Of a stretch of 64,000 bases of DNA, positions 37,248 to 47,501 are shown one piece after another. This DNA comes from Alphaproteobacteria bacterium (lineage in GTDB: Bacteria > Pseudomonadota > Alphaproteobacteria > UBA7887). The notes under the pieces were generated by a model. The model saw nothing but the letters and a program-made list of their open reading frames with translations, did no database searches and was not told where the DNA came from. Numbering within the stretch: position 1 is the stretch's first letter; every line of letters begins with the position of its first letter. A program made the translations under genes and the position numbers. The stretch lies in the NCBI GenBank assembly GCA_965216755.1, contig CBDCGL010000011.1, forward strand, positions 3,328,001 to 3,392,000, read 5' to 3'.

Positions 37248-38261
37248 GTGACCACATCCACCCGCCCGTCGCTTGACGACAAATCGATCCTTGTCACCGG
37301 CGGGACGGGGTCGTTCGGCCAGCGTTTTGTCGATACAATTGTGTCACAGCATCGGCCACGCCGCTTGATCGTGTTCTCGCGGGATGAAGCCAAGCAATAT
37401 GAAATGGCGCAGCGTTTTGATATGGTGCGCTATCCGTTTCTTCGCTATTTTATTGGCGATGTGCGCGATGCCGATCGGCTGGAGATGGCGATGCGTGACA
37501 TCGATATCGTTATCCATGCGGCGGCGCTGAAGCATGTCCCGGTGGCTGAATACAATCCGTTCGAATGCATCCACACCAATGTGCTGGGGGCAGAGAATGT
37601 GGTGCGGGCGGCGATCCGCAGCGGCGTCAAACAGACCTTGGCCCTGTCGACCGACAAAGCCTGCAGTCCGATCAATCTTTATGGCGCGAGCAAATTGGCG
37701 GCCGACAAGATATTTGTCGCCGCGAACAATCTTAGTCCGAAGGACGGCACGCAATTTTCGGTCGTGCGCTATGGCAACGTTCTCGGCTCGCGCGGCAGCG
37801 TCGCGCCTTTGTTCCAGCGCCTGGTGCGCGAGGGCGCCGATCACTTGCCGATTACCGATGCGCGCATGACCAGGTTTTGGATCACGCTGCAAAACGGTGT
37901 CGATTTCGTGCTCAGTTGCATTGACCAAATGGTTGGCGGCGAGATTTTCGTGCCTAAGATCCCGAGTATGCGCGTGGTCGACTTGGCGCGCGCGATCGGG
38001 CCGAGCCTGCCCCACAAGATGGTCGGGATTCGGCCCGGCGAGAAGCTGCATGAAGTCTTAATCACCGAAGACGACGCGCGCAATACGTTGGAGTTAGAGG
38101 ACCGCTATATCATCCAGCCGGTGTTTCAGTATTGGACACGCCAACGTTTGGCGAGCGATGCTGCCAGAGCCGTTGACGAATCGTTTCGTTATGCCAGCGA
38201 CACGAATGAAAATTGGCTCGATCCGGCGCAATTGGCGCGCCTGATGGCGCAACCACAATGA
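37248..38261 (+). CDS. pseB: UDP-GlcNAc 4,6-dehydratase (inverting) PseB
   Basis: TGGTGSFG, SRDE, AALKHVP, LSTDKA, YGASK, RYGNV.GSRGS, MTRFWI, GIRPGEKLHE. Confidence 0.95.
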   Translation: MTTSTRPSLDDKSILVTGGTGSFGQRFVDTIVSQHRPRRLIVFSRDEAKQYEMAQRFDMVRYPFLRYFIGDVRDADRLEMAMRDIDIVIHAAALKHVPVAEYNPFECIHTNVLGAENVVRAAIRSGVKQTLALSTDKACSPINLYGASKLAADKIFVAANNLSPKDGTQFSVVRYGNVLGSRGSVAPLFQRLVREGADHLPITDARMTRFWITLQNGVDFVLSCIDQMVGGEIFVPKIPSMRVVDLARAIGPSLPHKMVGIRPGEKLHEVLITEDDARNTLELEDRYIIQPVFQYWTRQRLASDAARAVDESFRYASDTNENWLDPAQLARLMAQPQ

Positions 38262-39301
38262 TGCACGCAATTGGCGCACAACCCGCGGCACCCAACGTGA
38301 CACCACGCTGGGGATTTCGCGTCGCCTCCAGCCCAACAGTCGGTGCTGGCCACATGGTCCGCAGTCTGGCTGTGGCGCAGGCGATCGGGGCGCCGGTCCA
38401 TTTTTTTGTCGATCCCGATAGTCAGTGGGACACCGCCTTGGCCGCTGGCGATTTCGCGTCGACCAAGGAAAACGCGACGCATAGCGTTGCCGCGTTATTC
38501 GAAGCGGTCGTGGCCGGCCAAGTGAATGCGGTTTTGTTTGATGGCTATGGATTTCGCGAACGCGTGATCGAAACCGTCAGCCGCAAGGCTTTTACGGCGG
38601 CCTTCTCCGATGATGGTGTCGGCCGGCCAGCGACATTGCTGATCAATCCATGCCCGGACGGACGCCGCGACGATCGAACCCTGACCGGTTTGGAATACGC
38701 ACCCCTGGCCGCCGCCTATGCTGACATGCACAGCCGCGCCTATCGGCGCAGCGACGCCGAAGCACCACATGTGCTGATCGCATTCGGCAGCCGCGACAGC
38801 AGCAACTGTACGGGCCTCGCTTTGGATGCCCTGACCGCGGTCGATGCTCCGCTTCCCGTGACCGTTGTGCTCGGCGCGCGGGCGCCGCACCAGGCTGAGG
38901 TTCGGCGCCAAATCGCCGCCCTGCCGCAGGCGCAGTTGTTGATCGATTGCGACGATATGGCAAGCCTCTACATGTCGGCGACGTTGGCCATCGGTGCGCC
39001 CGGCGTGTCATTTTTCGAACGCATGTGTTGTGGTCTGCCGTCGATCTTGGTGTTGCAGAACGCCACCCAGCGACCGGTGGCGCGCTGGGCGCGCGACCGG
39101 GATGTCGCGGCCGTGGCGGAAACGGATAGCGCCGCAGTTGCAACTGTTCTGCGTCGGGTGATGGACGATGCAACATGGCGCCGGGCGGTACGGCGGCGGG
39201 GCCTTGAGTGGGTCGATGGACGGGGCGCCGATCGGCTCGCCGCGGCGTTGAATGCGCGCGCGGCAGGGGCGGCGCGGAGTGCGTCGTCGTCAACGGGATA
39301 A
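38258..39301 (+). CDS. pseG: PseG-like UDP-sugar hydrolase
   Basis: FRV....VGAGHMVRS, FDGY, LIAFGSRD, GAPG...ER...GLP, VDGRGA. Confidence 0.75.
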   Translation: MMHAIGAQPAAPNVTPRWGFRVASSPTVGAGHMVRSLAVAQAIGAPVHFFVDPDSQWDTALAAGDFASTKENATHSVAALFEAVVAGQVNAVLFDGYGFRERVIETVSRKAFTAAFSDDGVGRPATLLINPCPDGRRDDRTLTGLEYAPLAAAYADMHSRAYRRSDAEAPHVLIAFGSRDSSNCTGLALDALTAVDAPLPVTVVLGARAPHQAEVRRQIAALPQAQLLIDCDDMASLYMSATLAIGAPGVSFFERMCCGLPSILVLQNATQRPVARWARDRDVAAVAETDSAAVATVLRRVMDDATWRRAVRRRGLEWVDGRGADRLAAALNARAAGAARSASSSTG

Positions 39302-39314
39302 TCTCGTCATCGCC

Positions 39315-41207
39315 ATGATGACCCTGTGTTTCGTCGATAGTCTGGACGGTGTGCATCGGGCCCAGGCCATCGCCAAGGACTGCGTGCTTGCCAGCGATAA
39401 TCCACTTCTGGCGCATGATCCCGCCGTGGCTGGGCGCATCGACGATACCAGCCGATATCTGGATCAGCGTGCCGCGACGCGGCTGGGCCATCGCGCCATA
39501 GATATTTTGTTGGCTATCGATGAGGCGTTAGAGAAGCATGATGCGGCGGCTCGGTATGGCGGACGAACCAGCCCCGTCAATGTCACAATCGTCATGCGCG
39601 CATTGTTGGCCACGTTGATGCAGCGGGGCACCATGGCCGCGGCGGCGGCGCGCGCCAACGGCGATGGCATGCTCCACATCATGGGTCTTGACGCGCCGCG
39701 CTGGATGGTGCGCCATCCGTGGACTCTACCGCGCTTTGCCTCGCCCTTGCGGCCGTTGGCCGAACACGGCTTCTTCGGCAATCGCCGATGGCGGTTCGAC
39801 CCGGTGGCCACGACCGTGCCGGCGGCGGTCAATGACACCGCCGTCGACGATCCCTTGTTGCGCGCGCGCGTATTGCCCATGTCGGTGTTGGCCTATGAAG
39901 CCGCGCATCGTATCGGGTTGACTCGCATCGGTTGGCGGCGCGGCGTGGCGGTCGGCAAATCCAGCGAAGCGTTGCGCGAGACGTTGCCGTGGCTTGCCCT
40001 GCGCGGCCACCGGTTGGCCCGTTTCAACGTGCCGGATTACGCAGGTGCCGCGCCCCCCAGTTACGATGTCGAACCGACGATCGACCCATGGTTGAACAGA
40101 CTTGTCGCCCCCATCGTGGCGCGTGGTGCCACGGTTGACGGTTTGCTGTCAGCGGCCGAAGGTCATGCGATCGGCCGCACTTTTATGGTCTATTTGAGTG
40201 CCGGTATGGCGTCATTGGCGCAGACGGTCGCGCGCTTGGACCAAGCCCTGGAAAACAGTTTCAACGGTTACGATCGTCGTCGGGCTTTGGTGACCAGCGG
40301 CATCTATGGTCCCATGGGCACGCAGCTTCACGCGCTTTGTCGATCGCGTCGCGTGCCTGTGATCGATTTCGAGCATGGCGCCACGACGGGCTTGGCCCAT
40401 ACATCTGAACGTCGCCTGCGAGTTTCGGAAGCCAGCAGTTGTGACTTGTTGGCGGTGTCTTCGGATCGCGCGGCGGGCTCGTTTCGCAAAGCGCGCCGCG
40501 ATGATAGGCCGCGCATCCAGGTGATCGGTTTGGCCGATCAGACCAGGCGGGTTTTGGGGCGTGGTCTACAGCGCCAGCGCGCGCGCCGGCGCCTGGGACT
40601 TGGACCCCGTGATGTTGCGGTCATGCATATCTCGACATTGCTGTATGGCGGCAACATGCGGCCGGGCGATGACAGTCCCACGGAAAGTTATGTGTTTGAA
40701 ACGGAAAAAACGCTGTTAACCGAGGTCTATGGCGATAACGGCAAATCGGTTCTATTCAAACCCTATCCGACCCAACGATTCGTTCACCAACCATCATATG
40801 ACATGCTGTTCGATTTGCCGCCTGGTGTGCGATTGATCGATTGGGCGGACTTCCGTTATGTGCGCGCCGCCGCCGATATCATTGTCACCGGGGCCAACAG
40901 CAGCACCATCGGGTGGTGCGTTGGCGCGGACGTCCCGTTGGTGCATCTCGGTTCACGGATCGTCCACCGCCTGGTCGATGATGCCTTGGCAGATGCATTC
41001 CGCGCGGCGTTTTTTTGTGTCGATATGGATGCGGCCGACTGGCCGACACGGCTGCGCGACCTGTTAGGGCACGAGCTGTCGTGGTTTCAGGATGGCTGGC
41101 GGGAAATGCGCGCGGCGCGGCGGGCGCTGTTAACCGAAGGGATCGTTGGTCCGCAAGGGTCGGTGGGGCGCCGCGCGGCGCGGTTAGTCGAGGCAAGTCT
41201 TGCCTGA
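39315..41207 (+). CDS. Uncharacterised ~630 aa protein, candidate GT-B NulO transferase
   Basis: FEHG, IG...RRRLGL, FKPYP, ADIIV...SSTIGW features in the C-half. Confidence 0.55.
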   Translation: MMTLCFVDSLDGVHRAQAIAKDCVLASDNPLLAHDPAVAGRIDDTSRYLDQRAATRLGHRAIDILLAIDEALEKHDAAARYGGRTSPVNVTIVMRALLATLMQRGTMAAAAARANGDGMLHIMGLDAPRWMVRHPWTLPRFASPLRPLAEHGFFGNRRWRFDPVATTVPAAVNDTAVDDPLLRARVLPMSVLAYEAAHRIGLTRIGWRRGVAVGKSSEALRETLPWLALRGHRLARFNVPDYAGAAPPSYDVEPTIDPWLNRLVAPIVARGATVDGLLSAAEGHAIGRTFMVYLSAGMASLAQTVARLDQALENSFNGYDRRRALVTSGIYGPMGTQLHALCRSRRVPVIDFEHGATTGLAHTSERRLRVSEASSCDLLAVSSDRAAGSFRKARRDDRPRIQVIGLADQTRRVLGRGLQRQRARRRLGLGPRDVAVMHISTLLYGGNMRPGDDSPTESYVFETEKTLLTEVYGDNGKSVLFKPYPTQRFVHQPSYDMLFDLPPGVRLIDWADFRYVRAAADIIVTGANSSTIGWCVGADVPLVHLGSRIVHRLVDDALADAFRAAFFCVDMDAADWPTRLRDLLGHELSWFQDGWREMRAARRALLTEGIVGPQGSVGRRAARLVEASLA

Positions 41208-42237
41208 AACCCGCGCCATCCGGATCGGCGACCGGGTGATCGGGCCAGGACGTCCCTGCTTCGTCATTGCCGAGATCGGCATCAATCATGGCGGGGATGA
41301 ACATGTCGCGGCGGCGCTGATCGAGGCGGCGGCCGGGGCCGGCGCCGATGCGGTGAAGTTTCAAACCGTGTTGCCCGACGAAAGTTATCAGCCTGGCACC
41401 GACTCGTACGCCGCCTTTCAAGGATCTGTGCTGAGCGTAGCGGCGATGCAGCGGCTGAATGCGCGCGCCGAGTCACTGGGTATTGTGCCGTTTTCGACAC
41501 CCGGCGGATTTGGCGCCTTGGATTTGATGGTCGAATCGGGCATGGCGGCGATCAAGATTTCGTCGGGTCTGTTGACCAATGGTCCATTGATCGAACGTGC
41601 CGCCGCCACGGGGTTGCCGCTGGTCCTGTCGACGGGTATGGCCGCCTGGGACGAAGTTGAGGCTGCGATCCGCACCGCGGAACAGGCCGGCGCCCACGAA
41701 TTGGCCGTTCTGCAATGTACGTCGCTTTATCCGGCAGCGGCCGAAACACTCAACCTCCTTGCTATGACAACAATGGCGCAATCAATCGAATATCCGGTTG
41801 GCTATTCGGACCATCATCCCGGTCACCTGGCTGTCGTGGCGGCGGCCGCGCTGGGCGCCAACGTGATCGAAAAGCATTTTACCTTGGATGCCGCGCGATC
41901 CGGGGCGGACCATGCGATTTCCGCTGAACCCGACGCATTCGCTAATATGGTCGCGGCGTTGCGTCAAGTGGAGGTGATGCGCGGCGATGGCGTGAAGGAA
42001 CCGCGCGCCGCAGAGCGGGCATTGCGCGATGCGCGCCATCGCTACTTGGTGGCCGCGCGTGGAATCGTTGCTGGCGCGGAGTTTGCCGCAGAGGACATCG
42101 CCTTGTTGCGTTGCCGGCCCGGAGTCGGCCGGCTTCCGGCCAATGCCTATCACACGGTCATCGGTGCGCGTGCACGCGCCGCGATCGCCGCCGGCACGGC
42201 CCTGGACGCGACGATGATCGAACGGCGCGGCGGCTGA
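41200..42237 (+). CDS. neuB: Nonulosonic acid synthase (NeuB family), copy 3
   Basis: IAEIGINHGG, VKFQ, LSTGM, QCTSLYP, GYSDH, EKHFT, GADH; TTG start. Confidence 0.9.
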   Translation: MPETRAIRIGDRVIGPGRPCFVIAEIGINHGGDEHVAAALIEAAAGAGADAVKFQTVLPDESYQPGTDSYAAFQGSVLSVAAMQRLNARAESLGIVPFSTPGGFGALDLMVESGMAAIKISSGLLTNGPLIERAAATGLPLVLSTGMAAWDEVEAAIRTAEQAGAHELAVLQCTSLYPAAAETLNLLAMTTMAQSIEYPVGYSDHHPGHLAVVAAAALGANVIEKHFTLDAARSGADHAISAEPDAFANMVAALRQVEVMRGDGVKEPRAAERALRDARHRYLVAARGIVAGAEFAAEDIALLRCRPGVGRLPANAYHTVIGARARAAIAAGTALDATMIERRGG

Positions 42238-42239
42238 CC

Positions 42240-43274
42240 GTGCGCGTGATGATCACCGCCGCCGGCGGCGCATTGGCAACCCAGACGATTGCGTGCGCCA
42301 AGACCAGTCAGCGTTATGCGATCGATGTGGTTGCGGTGGATTTGGATGACATGGCCCTTGGTCGTTACGCGGCGGATATTTTCGCCACGGTGCCGCGCGG
42401 CGATGCGCCTGGCTATGTTGACCGGGTCTGCGCGTTGGTCGCGGCGCACGACGTCGAATTGGTGCTGCCCTGCTCGGATGAAGAAGCCCTGGCCTTGGCG
42501 GCCGAACGCGCGCGCCTGACCGCATTGGGATGTGCGCTCGCCTGCGCCGATATCGAGACCTTGCGCCTGATGGCCGACAAAGGGCGCGCCTATCAGCAAT
42601 TGCGCGCCGCGGGCCTGCCGGCACCGGACGGCCGCTTGGTCAAAACCGCAGCTGCGCTTGATGATGCGATTGATGTCTTTTTCCGCCGCGAAGGTGCGTT
42701 TGTTGTCAAACCGCCGTCCGGCTCGCGCGGCGGCCGCGACACGTTTATCATCCACCAAGACGTGCGCGGCGCGCGGCCGTTTTTCGGCGCGCGCGAATTG
42801 GAGATGGATTTCGATACATTTCGAAGCGATTTTCGATCCCGGGCGTTGGAACGCTTGCCGGTCTTGGTCTGCGAACGCTTGGTGCCGCCGGCTTACGATG
42901 TCGATGTGCTGGCACGCGACGGGGTTGCTTTGCGCGCCGTGCCGCGACGGCGCCTAAATCCGGCCGGCGTCCCCTATCGCGGTTATGTGGTCGAAGCGCG
43001 GGACGATCTGGTCGATTTGGGCCGGCGCACGGCGGCGGCGCTCAACCTGTCATGGTTGTATGATTTCGATGTCATGCTCAGGACCGACGGCACGCCGGCC
43101 ATTCTGGAACTCAATCCGCGCCCAAGCGGCAGCTTCGCGACCGCGATCGTCGCCGGACAACCGTTGATCGACGATTTGGTGGCTTTGGTCAAAGGCGACG
43201 AGATTGGCGCCGCGCCACCGCTGCCACACAGCCTGACCATTGTTCCCGAGACGCTGTTGAAGGTGGTCAACTGA
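42240..43274 (+). CDS. ATP-grasp ligase (PylC/CarB-like)
   Basis: ITAAGG, LPCSDEE, DK, VVKP..SRGGR, ILELNPRPSG. Confidence 0.85.
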   Translation: MRVMITAAGGALATQTIACAKTSQRYAIDVVAVDLDDMALGRYAADIFATVPRGDAPGYVDRVCALVAAHDVELVLPCSDEEALALAAERARLTALGCALACADIETLRLMADKGRAYQQLRAAGLPAPDGRLVKTAAALDDAIDVFFRREGAFVVKPPSGSRGGRDTFIIHQDVRGARPFFGARELEMDFDTFRSDFRSRALERLPVLVCERLVPPAYDVDVLARDGVALRAVPRRRLNPAGVPYRGYVVEARDDLVDLGRRTAAALNLSWLYDFDVMLRTDGTPAILELNPRPSGSFATAIVAGQPLIDDLVALVKGDEIGAAPPLPHSLTIVPETLLKVVN

Positions 43275-45295
43275 CCCACACTGTTGGCATCGTTCAAGCT
43301 CGCATGGGATCGACCCGACTCCCCGGCAAGGTGTTGGCCGATATCGGCGGCATGCCGGCGATCGGGCACCTGCTGCGCCGCGCCGGGCGGGCCCGGCAGG
43401 TTGACGCTTTGTGGCTGGCCTGTAGCACGGCCGCGGCCGATGATCCGTTGGCGGATTATGTGCGTGGCCTGGGTGTCTCGGTTTTTCGCGGCGACGAACA
43501 CGACGTGTTGAGCCGCTACGCCGCGGTCGCGGCGGAGACTCGTGCCGATGTCATTGTGCGGCTGACCGGCGATTGCCCCTTGATTGATCCGGCCGTGATC
43601 GATGCTGTGGTGGCACGTTTTCACAGTGCCGATGTCGATTTCGCTTCGAATACACTCCAGCGCAGCTATCCCGACGGTCTCGATGTCGAGGTGTTTGGCC
43701 GTGACGCTTTGGCGCGCGCCGATCGCGAAGCGCGTGATCCGTTCTTGCGCGAGCATGTCACGCCCTATATTCATGGTCGCCATAAAGAACGCCTGCCGTG
43801 GGGCTATTTCAGCCATGACCAGGTTGTTTTCGAAGCCGACTTCAGTCACCTGCGGTGGACGCTGGATACGGCCGCCGACTTGTATTTTTTGCGCCGTTTG
43901 GTCGAACGCGCCGGTGCCAAGGCCAGCTGGCTGACATTGCTCGCCGCGTCGAGCCAGTCGCCGCCGCTCTATCACAGTGTGCCGGCCGTGCCGACCGCAG
44001 TCCGCCAACCACGCACATTCGAACAGTCCAACCGAATGTTCGAACAGGCCTCGCGGGTCATTCCACTTGCCAGCCAAACTTTTAGCAAGAGTCACCAGCA
44101 ATGGGTGCGCGGCGCCGCGCCGCTGTTTCTGACCCGTGGCGACGGCTGCCGCGTGTGGGACATCGACGACAATAGCTATATCGATTTCGTCCTCGGCTTG
44201 CTGCCCGTGGTGCTTGGCTATCGCGACCCAGACGTTGACGCTGCGATCCGCGATCAGCTCAACCAGGGCATCACGTTTTCGTTGCCCCATCCGCTCGAAG
44301 CCGAGGTTGCCGCGCGTTTGGTTGATCTCATCCCGTGTGCGGACATGGTGCGCTTCGGCAAGAACGGCTCGGACGCGACGACGGCGGCCGTGCGCCTGGC
44401 GCGTGCCCATACCGGCCGCGACAAAGTCGCCTTATGTGGCTATCACGGCTGGCATGACTGGTATATCGGCACGACCACGCGCGGCGATGGCGTGCCCGCC
44501 CCGGTGCGGGCGCTCTCGCATGTCTTTCCCTACAACGATCCGCAGGCCCTCGACGACGCTCTGGCGGCGGACCCGGACGGTTTCGCGGCGGTGATATTGG
44601 AACCCGTTGGTGTGCAGACGCCGGCGCCGGGATTTCTTGATCATCTTCGCGCCGTGACCGCTCGCTATGGCGTCGTGCTCATTTTCGACGAGATCATCGC
44701 CGGATGTCGTGCCCACATGGGTGGCGCCCAGGCTGTTTATGGGGTGACGCCGGATCTGGCCGCGTTTGGCAAAGCCATGGCCAACGGCATGCCGCTGTCG
44801 GCCGTTGTCGGCCGTCGCGATATCATGATGGGCATGGAAGAAATATTTTTCTCGGCAACGTTTGGTGGCGAAACTTTATCCCTGGCCGCCGCGCGCGCGA
44901 CACTGGACAAACTCGTGCGGCTGGACGGTCCCGATCGGCTGGCGCGCTTGGGCACCGACTTGGCCGACCGCGCCAATGCCCATTTCGCTGCGCACGGTCT
45001 AAATGAATGGCTCGGCATTGCCGGCGCCGCGTGGTGGCCGCGTTTGGCCATCACGGCGCCACCGGTGCCCATGAATGTGATGGTCAGCCTGCTGCGTCAG
45101 GCGTTCGTCGCCAATGGTCTGTTGCTCGGCGCCAGCCTTAATCTGTCGCTGGCGCACGACGACACAGTCGTGATCACGCATGTGGACCAGGCGTTCAACA
45201 GTGCGTGCGCGCAAGTGCGGGCCGCGCTCGACAGTCGCGACCCGGCCACGCAGGTACACGGCGCGTTGGTGCAACCGACCTTTGCCGTGCGATGA
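43271..45295 (+). CDS. SpsF cytidylyltransferase - class III aminotransferase fusion
   Basis: IVQARMGSTRLPGKV, RLTGDCP, REHVTPY; then SQTFSK, KNGSDAT, YHGWHDW, FDEII, FGKAMANG. Conserved first strand lies upstream of ATG 43304, so start placed at CTG 43271. Confidence 0.85.
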   Translation: MTHTVGIVQARMGSTRLPGKVLADIGGMPAIGHLLRRAGRARQVDALWLACSTAAADDPLADYVRGLGVSVFRGDEHDVLSRYAAVAAETRADVIVRLTGDCPLIDPAVIDAVVARFHSADVDFASNTLQRSYPDGLDVEVFGRDALARADREARDPFLREHVTPYIHGRHKERLPWGYFSHDQVVFEADFSHLRWTLDTAADLYFLRRLVERAGAKASWLTLLAASSQSPPLYHSVPAVPTAVRQPRTFEQSNRMFEQASRVIPLASQTFSKSHQQWVRGAAPLFLTRGDGCRVWDIDDNSYIDFVLGLLPVVLGYRDPDVDAAIRDQLNQGITFSLPHPLEAEVAARLVDLIPCADMVRFGKNGSDATTAAVRLARAHTGRDKVALCGYHGWHDWYIGTTTRGDGVPAPVRALSHVFPYNDPQALDDALAADPDGFAAVILEPVGVQTPAPGFLDHLRAVTARYGVVLIFDEIIAGCRAHMGGAQAVYGVTPDLAAFGKAMANGMPLSAVVGRRDIMMGMEEIFFSATFGGETLSLAAARATLDKLVRLDGPDRLARLGTDLADRANAHFAAHGLNEWLGIAGAAWWPRLAITAPPVPMNVMVSLLRQAFVANGLLLGASLNLSLAHDDTVVITHVDQAFNSACAQVRAALDSRDPATQVHGALVQPTFAVR

Positions 45296-45768
45296 CCGTG
45301 ACCCTACGCCGCGCCCTGGCCACGGATCGCGATCAGCTCTTGGCTTGGGTCAACAGTCCGGATTCCTTGGCTGGCAAGCTACGAACCATGGGCCCCATCG
45401 CGGCAGCCGACCACGCACAATGGTTCGCGGCGCGCCTCGCGGATGACGACTGCATGATTTGGATTATCGAGCGAAACGATACCGCCGTTGGCCAAATCCG
45501 CCTGGAAAAAGATGACGTGGGCCATGCCGTTGACATCTATGTCGTAGCGGCCGCACGGCGCCATGGCTGTGCGGTGTCGGCACTGCGCCAAGCGCTCGAC
45601 ATGCATTTCGCGGGTCGGCCGGACAGTCGTGTGGTTGCGCGGATCAAACCGGACAACATCGCGTCACGACGCCTGTTTGAACGCGCCGGGTTTCAGCTGA
45701 CGGCGGATGGCGACGATCATCTGATTTACGCGCTACGGCCGCCCAAGATCGCGGGGGATGTCCCATGA
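45292..45768 (+). CDS. GNAT N-acetyltransferase (PseH-like)
   Basis: W.N, H..WF, GQIR, RRHG, N.ASRRLFERAGF. Confidence 0.85.
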   Translation: MTVTLRRALATDRDQLLAWVNSPDSLAGKLRTMGPIAAADHAQWFAARLADDDCMIWIIERNDTAVGQIRLEKDDVGHAVDIYVVAAARRHGCAVSALRQALDMHFAGRPDSRVVARIKPDNIASRRLFERAGFQLTADGDDHLIYALRPPKIAGDVP

Positions 45769-46439
45769 CCGCGGCCGTGATTGTCGCCCATCCCGACGAC
45801 GAGGTTCTGGGCTTCGGTGGAGTCATGGCTCGCCATGCCGATGCGGGTGAGGCGGTGCATGTGATGTTTTTGGCGACCGGCCTCGCGGCCCGTCATGAGA
45901 CCAACACGGTTGACGCTGGCGCCCTGGCGGCGCTGCGCGATCAGGCTCGTGCGGCCGCAACAGTATTGGGCGCACACCCACCTGACTTCGCTGATTTTCC
46001 GGACAATCGCATGGACAGCGTCCCATTGCTCGACATTGTCCGCGCCGTCGAAGGTTTTCTCACCGCGCATACGCCAACCACCGTCTACACCCATCACGGC
46101 GGTGACCTGAACATCGACCACGCTGTTGTTGCGCGCGCGGTACTGACCGCCTGTCGGCCGCTGCCCGGTGGGTCGGTTCGTGCGCTCTACGCGGGTGAAG
46201 TGCTGTCTTCAAGCGAGTACGGTCACCCTGACGCCCGGTTTGTGCCCCAGCGTTATGTCGACATTGATGCGCAATTGACGCGCAAATGTCAGGCCCTGCA
46301 ATGCTACCATGACGAGCTGCGGTCATGGCCGCATCCGCGATCCGTCGCGGCCGTGACCCATTGCGCGCGGCTGCGTGGCAGCGAATGCGGTGTGCCGGCA
46401 GCCGAAGCATTTCAACTTATCCGTGCGGTCGAGATTTGA
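45765..46439 (+). CDS. PIG-L/LmbE family N-deacetylase
   Basis: AHPDDE, DLNIDH, AEAF. Confidence 0.92.
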   Translation: MTAAVIVAHPDDEVLGFGGVMARHADAGEAVHVMFLATGLAARHETNTVDAGALAALRDQARAAATVLGAHPPDFADFPDNRMDSVPLLDIVRAVEGFLTAHTPTTVYTHHGGDLNIDHAVVARAVLTACRPLPGGSVRALYAGEVLSSSEYGHPDARFVPQRYVDIDAQLTRKCQALQCYHDELRSWPHPRSVAAVTHCARLRGSECGVPAAEAFQLIRAVEI

Positions 46440-46556
46440 ACCTTTGCATGTTGCGCTGCCGCAAATCCTCTGGGCAATTTGGTCGGGACCGAGTAGGGTG
46501 CGCGGCTGTCCGATGACTTATTTGTCTAGTCAGAGCCGTCGAAGAGGATTGTCAGC

Positions 46557-47477
46557 GTGATTGGTTTGGGGCCAATCGCGTATGAAATCCCGCGCCGGCG
46601 TATCGCGAATATCGATCGCCTAACGGCGTTGAACGCGTCGGAGCAGCTGCTGCATGACAAGATCGGCGTTATGGAAGTAGCGCTTAAAGAGCCCGATGAC
46701 GAGTCGTCCGATCTGTGTGTCAAAGTCGCGGACAAGCTATTCGCCAGCGGCGTGATCGAACCAGCAGACGTCGAATGCGCGATCGTTGTCACCCAAAATC
46801 CGGATGACCACGGCTTGCCACACACCTCGGCGGTGGTTCACGACAAGGTCGGTTTGCCGGACCGTTGCGCCGCCTTCGACATTTCACTGGGATGCTCCGG
46901 GTTTGTTTATGCGTTGTCGGTGATGCGGGCGTTCATGGTCGAGAATGACCTGCGCCGCGGTCTGCTGTTTACCGCCGATCCCTATTCCAAGGTGATCGAC
47001 CCGACGGATCGCAATACGGCGATGCTGTTTGGCGATGGCGCGGCGGTGACGCTGATTACGGACGAACCGACATGGATTCCCGGCAAGTTTGATTTCGGCA
47101 CGCGCGGCGCGGCGCGCGACACTTTGCGGGTGCAGCCGGATGGCAAGCTTTTTATGAACGGCCGGGCGGTGGCGCAGTTCAGTGCCACCGAAGTCCCCCG
47201 CAGCATCGAACGGGCGATTACCGCCAACGGTCTGACATTTGACGATATCGACCGGTTCGTGTTGCACCAGGGGAGCCGTTACATCGTTAACGCCATTTCC
47301 AAGCGCCTGGGGATCGAAGACCGCACGGATTTCACCGCGCAGGAATTTGGCAACACGGTGTCGTCGTCGATTCCGATCGCCCTGGCGCGGGATTTGAAAG
47401 CCGAAGACCGGCGCGTTCTCATTTCCGGTTTCGGTGTCGGCTTGTCGTGGGCGACAACTGTTCTTGAGCGGGTCTAG
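46557..47477 (+). CDS. FabH-like ketoacyl synthase III / acyltransferase
   Basis: Cys-His-Asn triad LGCSG, LHQG, FGNTVSSSIP; FGDG, GFGVGLSW. Confidence 0.9.
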   Translation: MIGLGPIAYEIPRRRIANIDRLTALNASEQLLHDKIGVMEVALKEPDDESSDLCVKVADKLFASGVIEPADVECAIVVTQNPDDHGLPHTSAVVHDKVGLPDRCAAFDISLGCSGFVYALSVMRAFMVENDLRRGLLFTADPYSKVIDPTDRNTAMLFGDGAAVTLITDEPTWIPGKFDFGTRGAARDTLRVQPDGKLFMNGRAVAQFSATEVPRSIERAITANGLTFDDIDRFVLHQGSRYIVNAISKRLGIEDRTDFTAQEFGNTVSSSIPIALARDLKAEDRRVLISGFGVGLSWATTVLERV

Positions 47478-47501
47478 GCGCGATCCGTCAATCAACCTGA
47501 A

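Noticed and set aside
43271-45295. hemL (tetrapyrrole synthesis) call for the class III aminotransferase
   Set aside because: It is fused to a cytidylyltransferase inside a NulO module, with no hem genes nearby.
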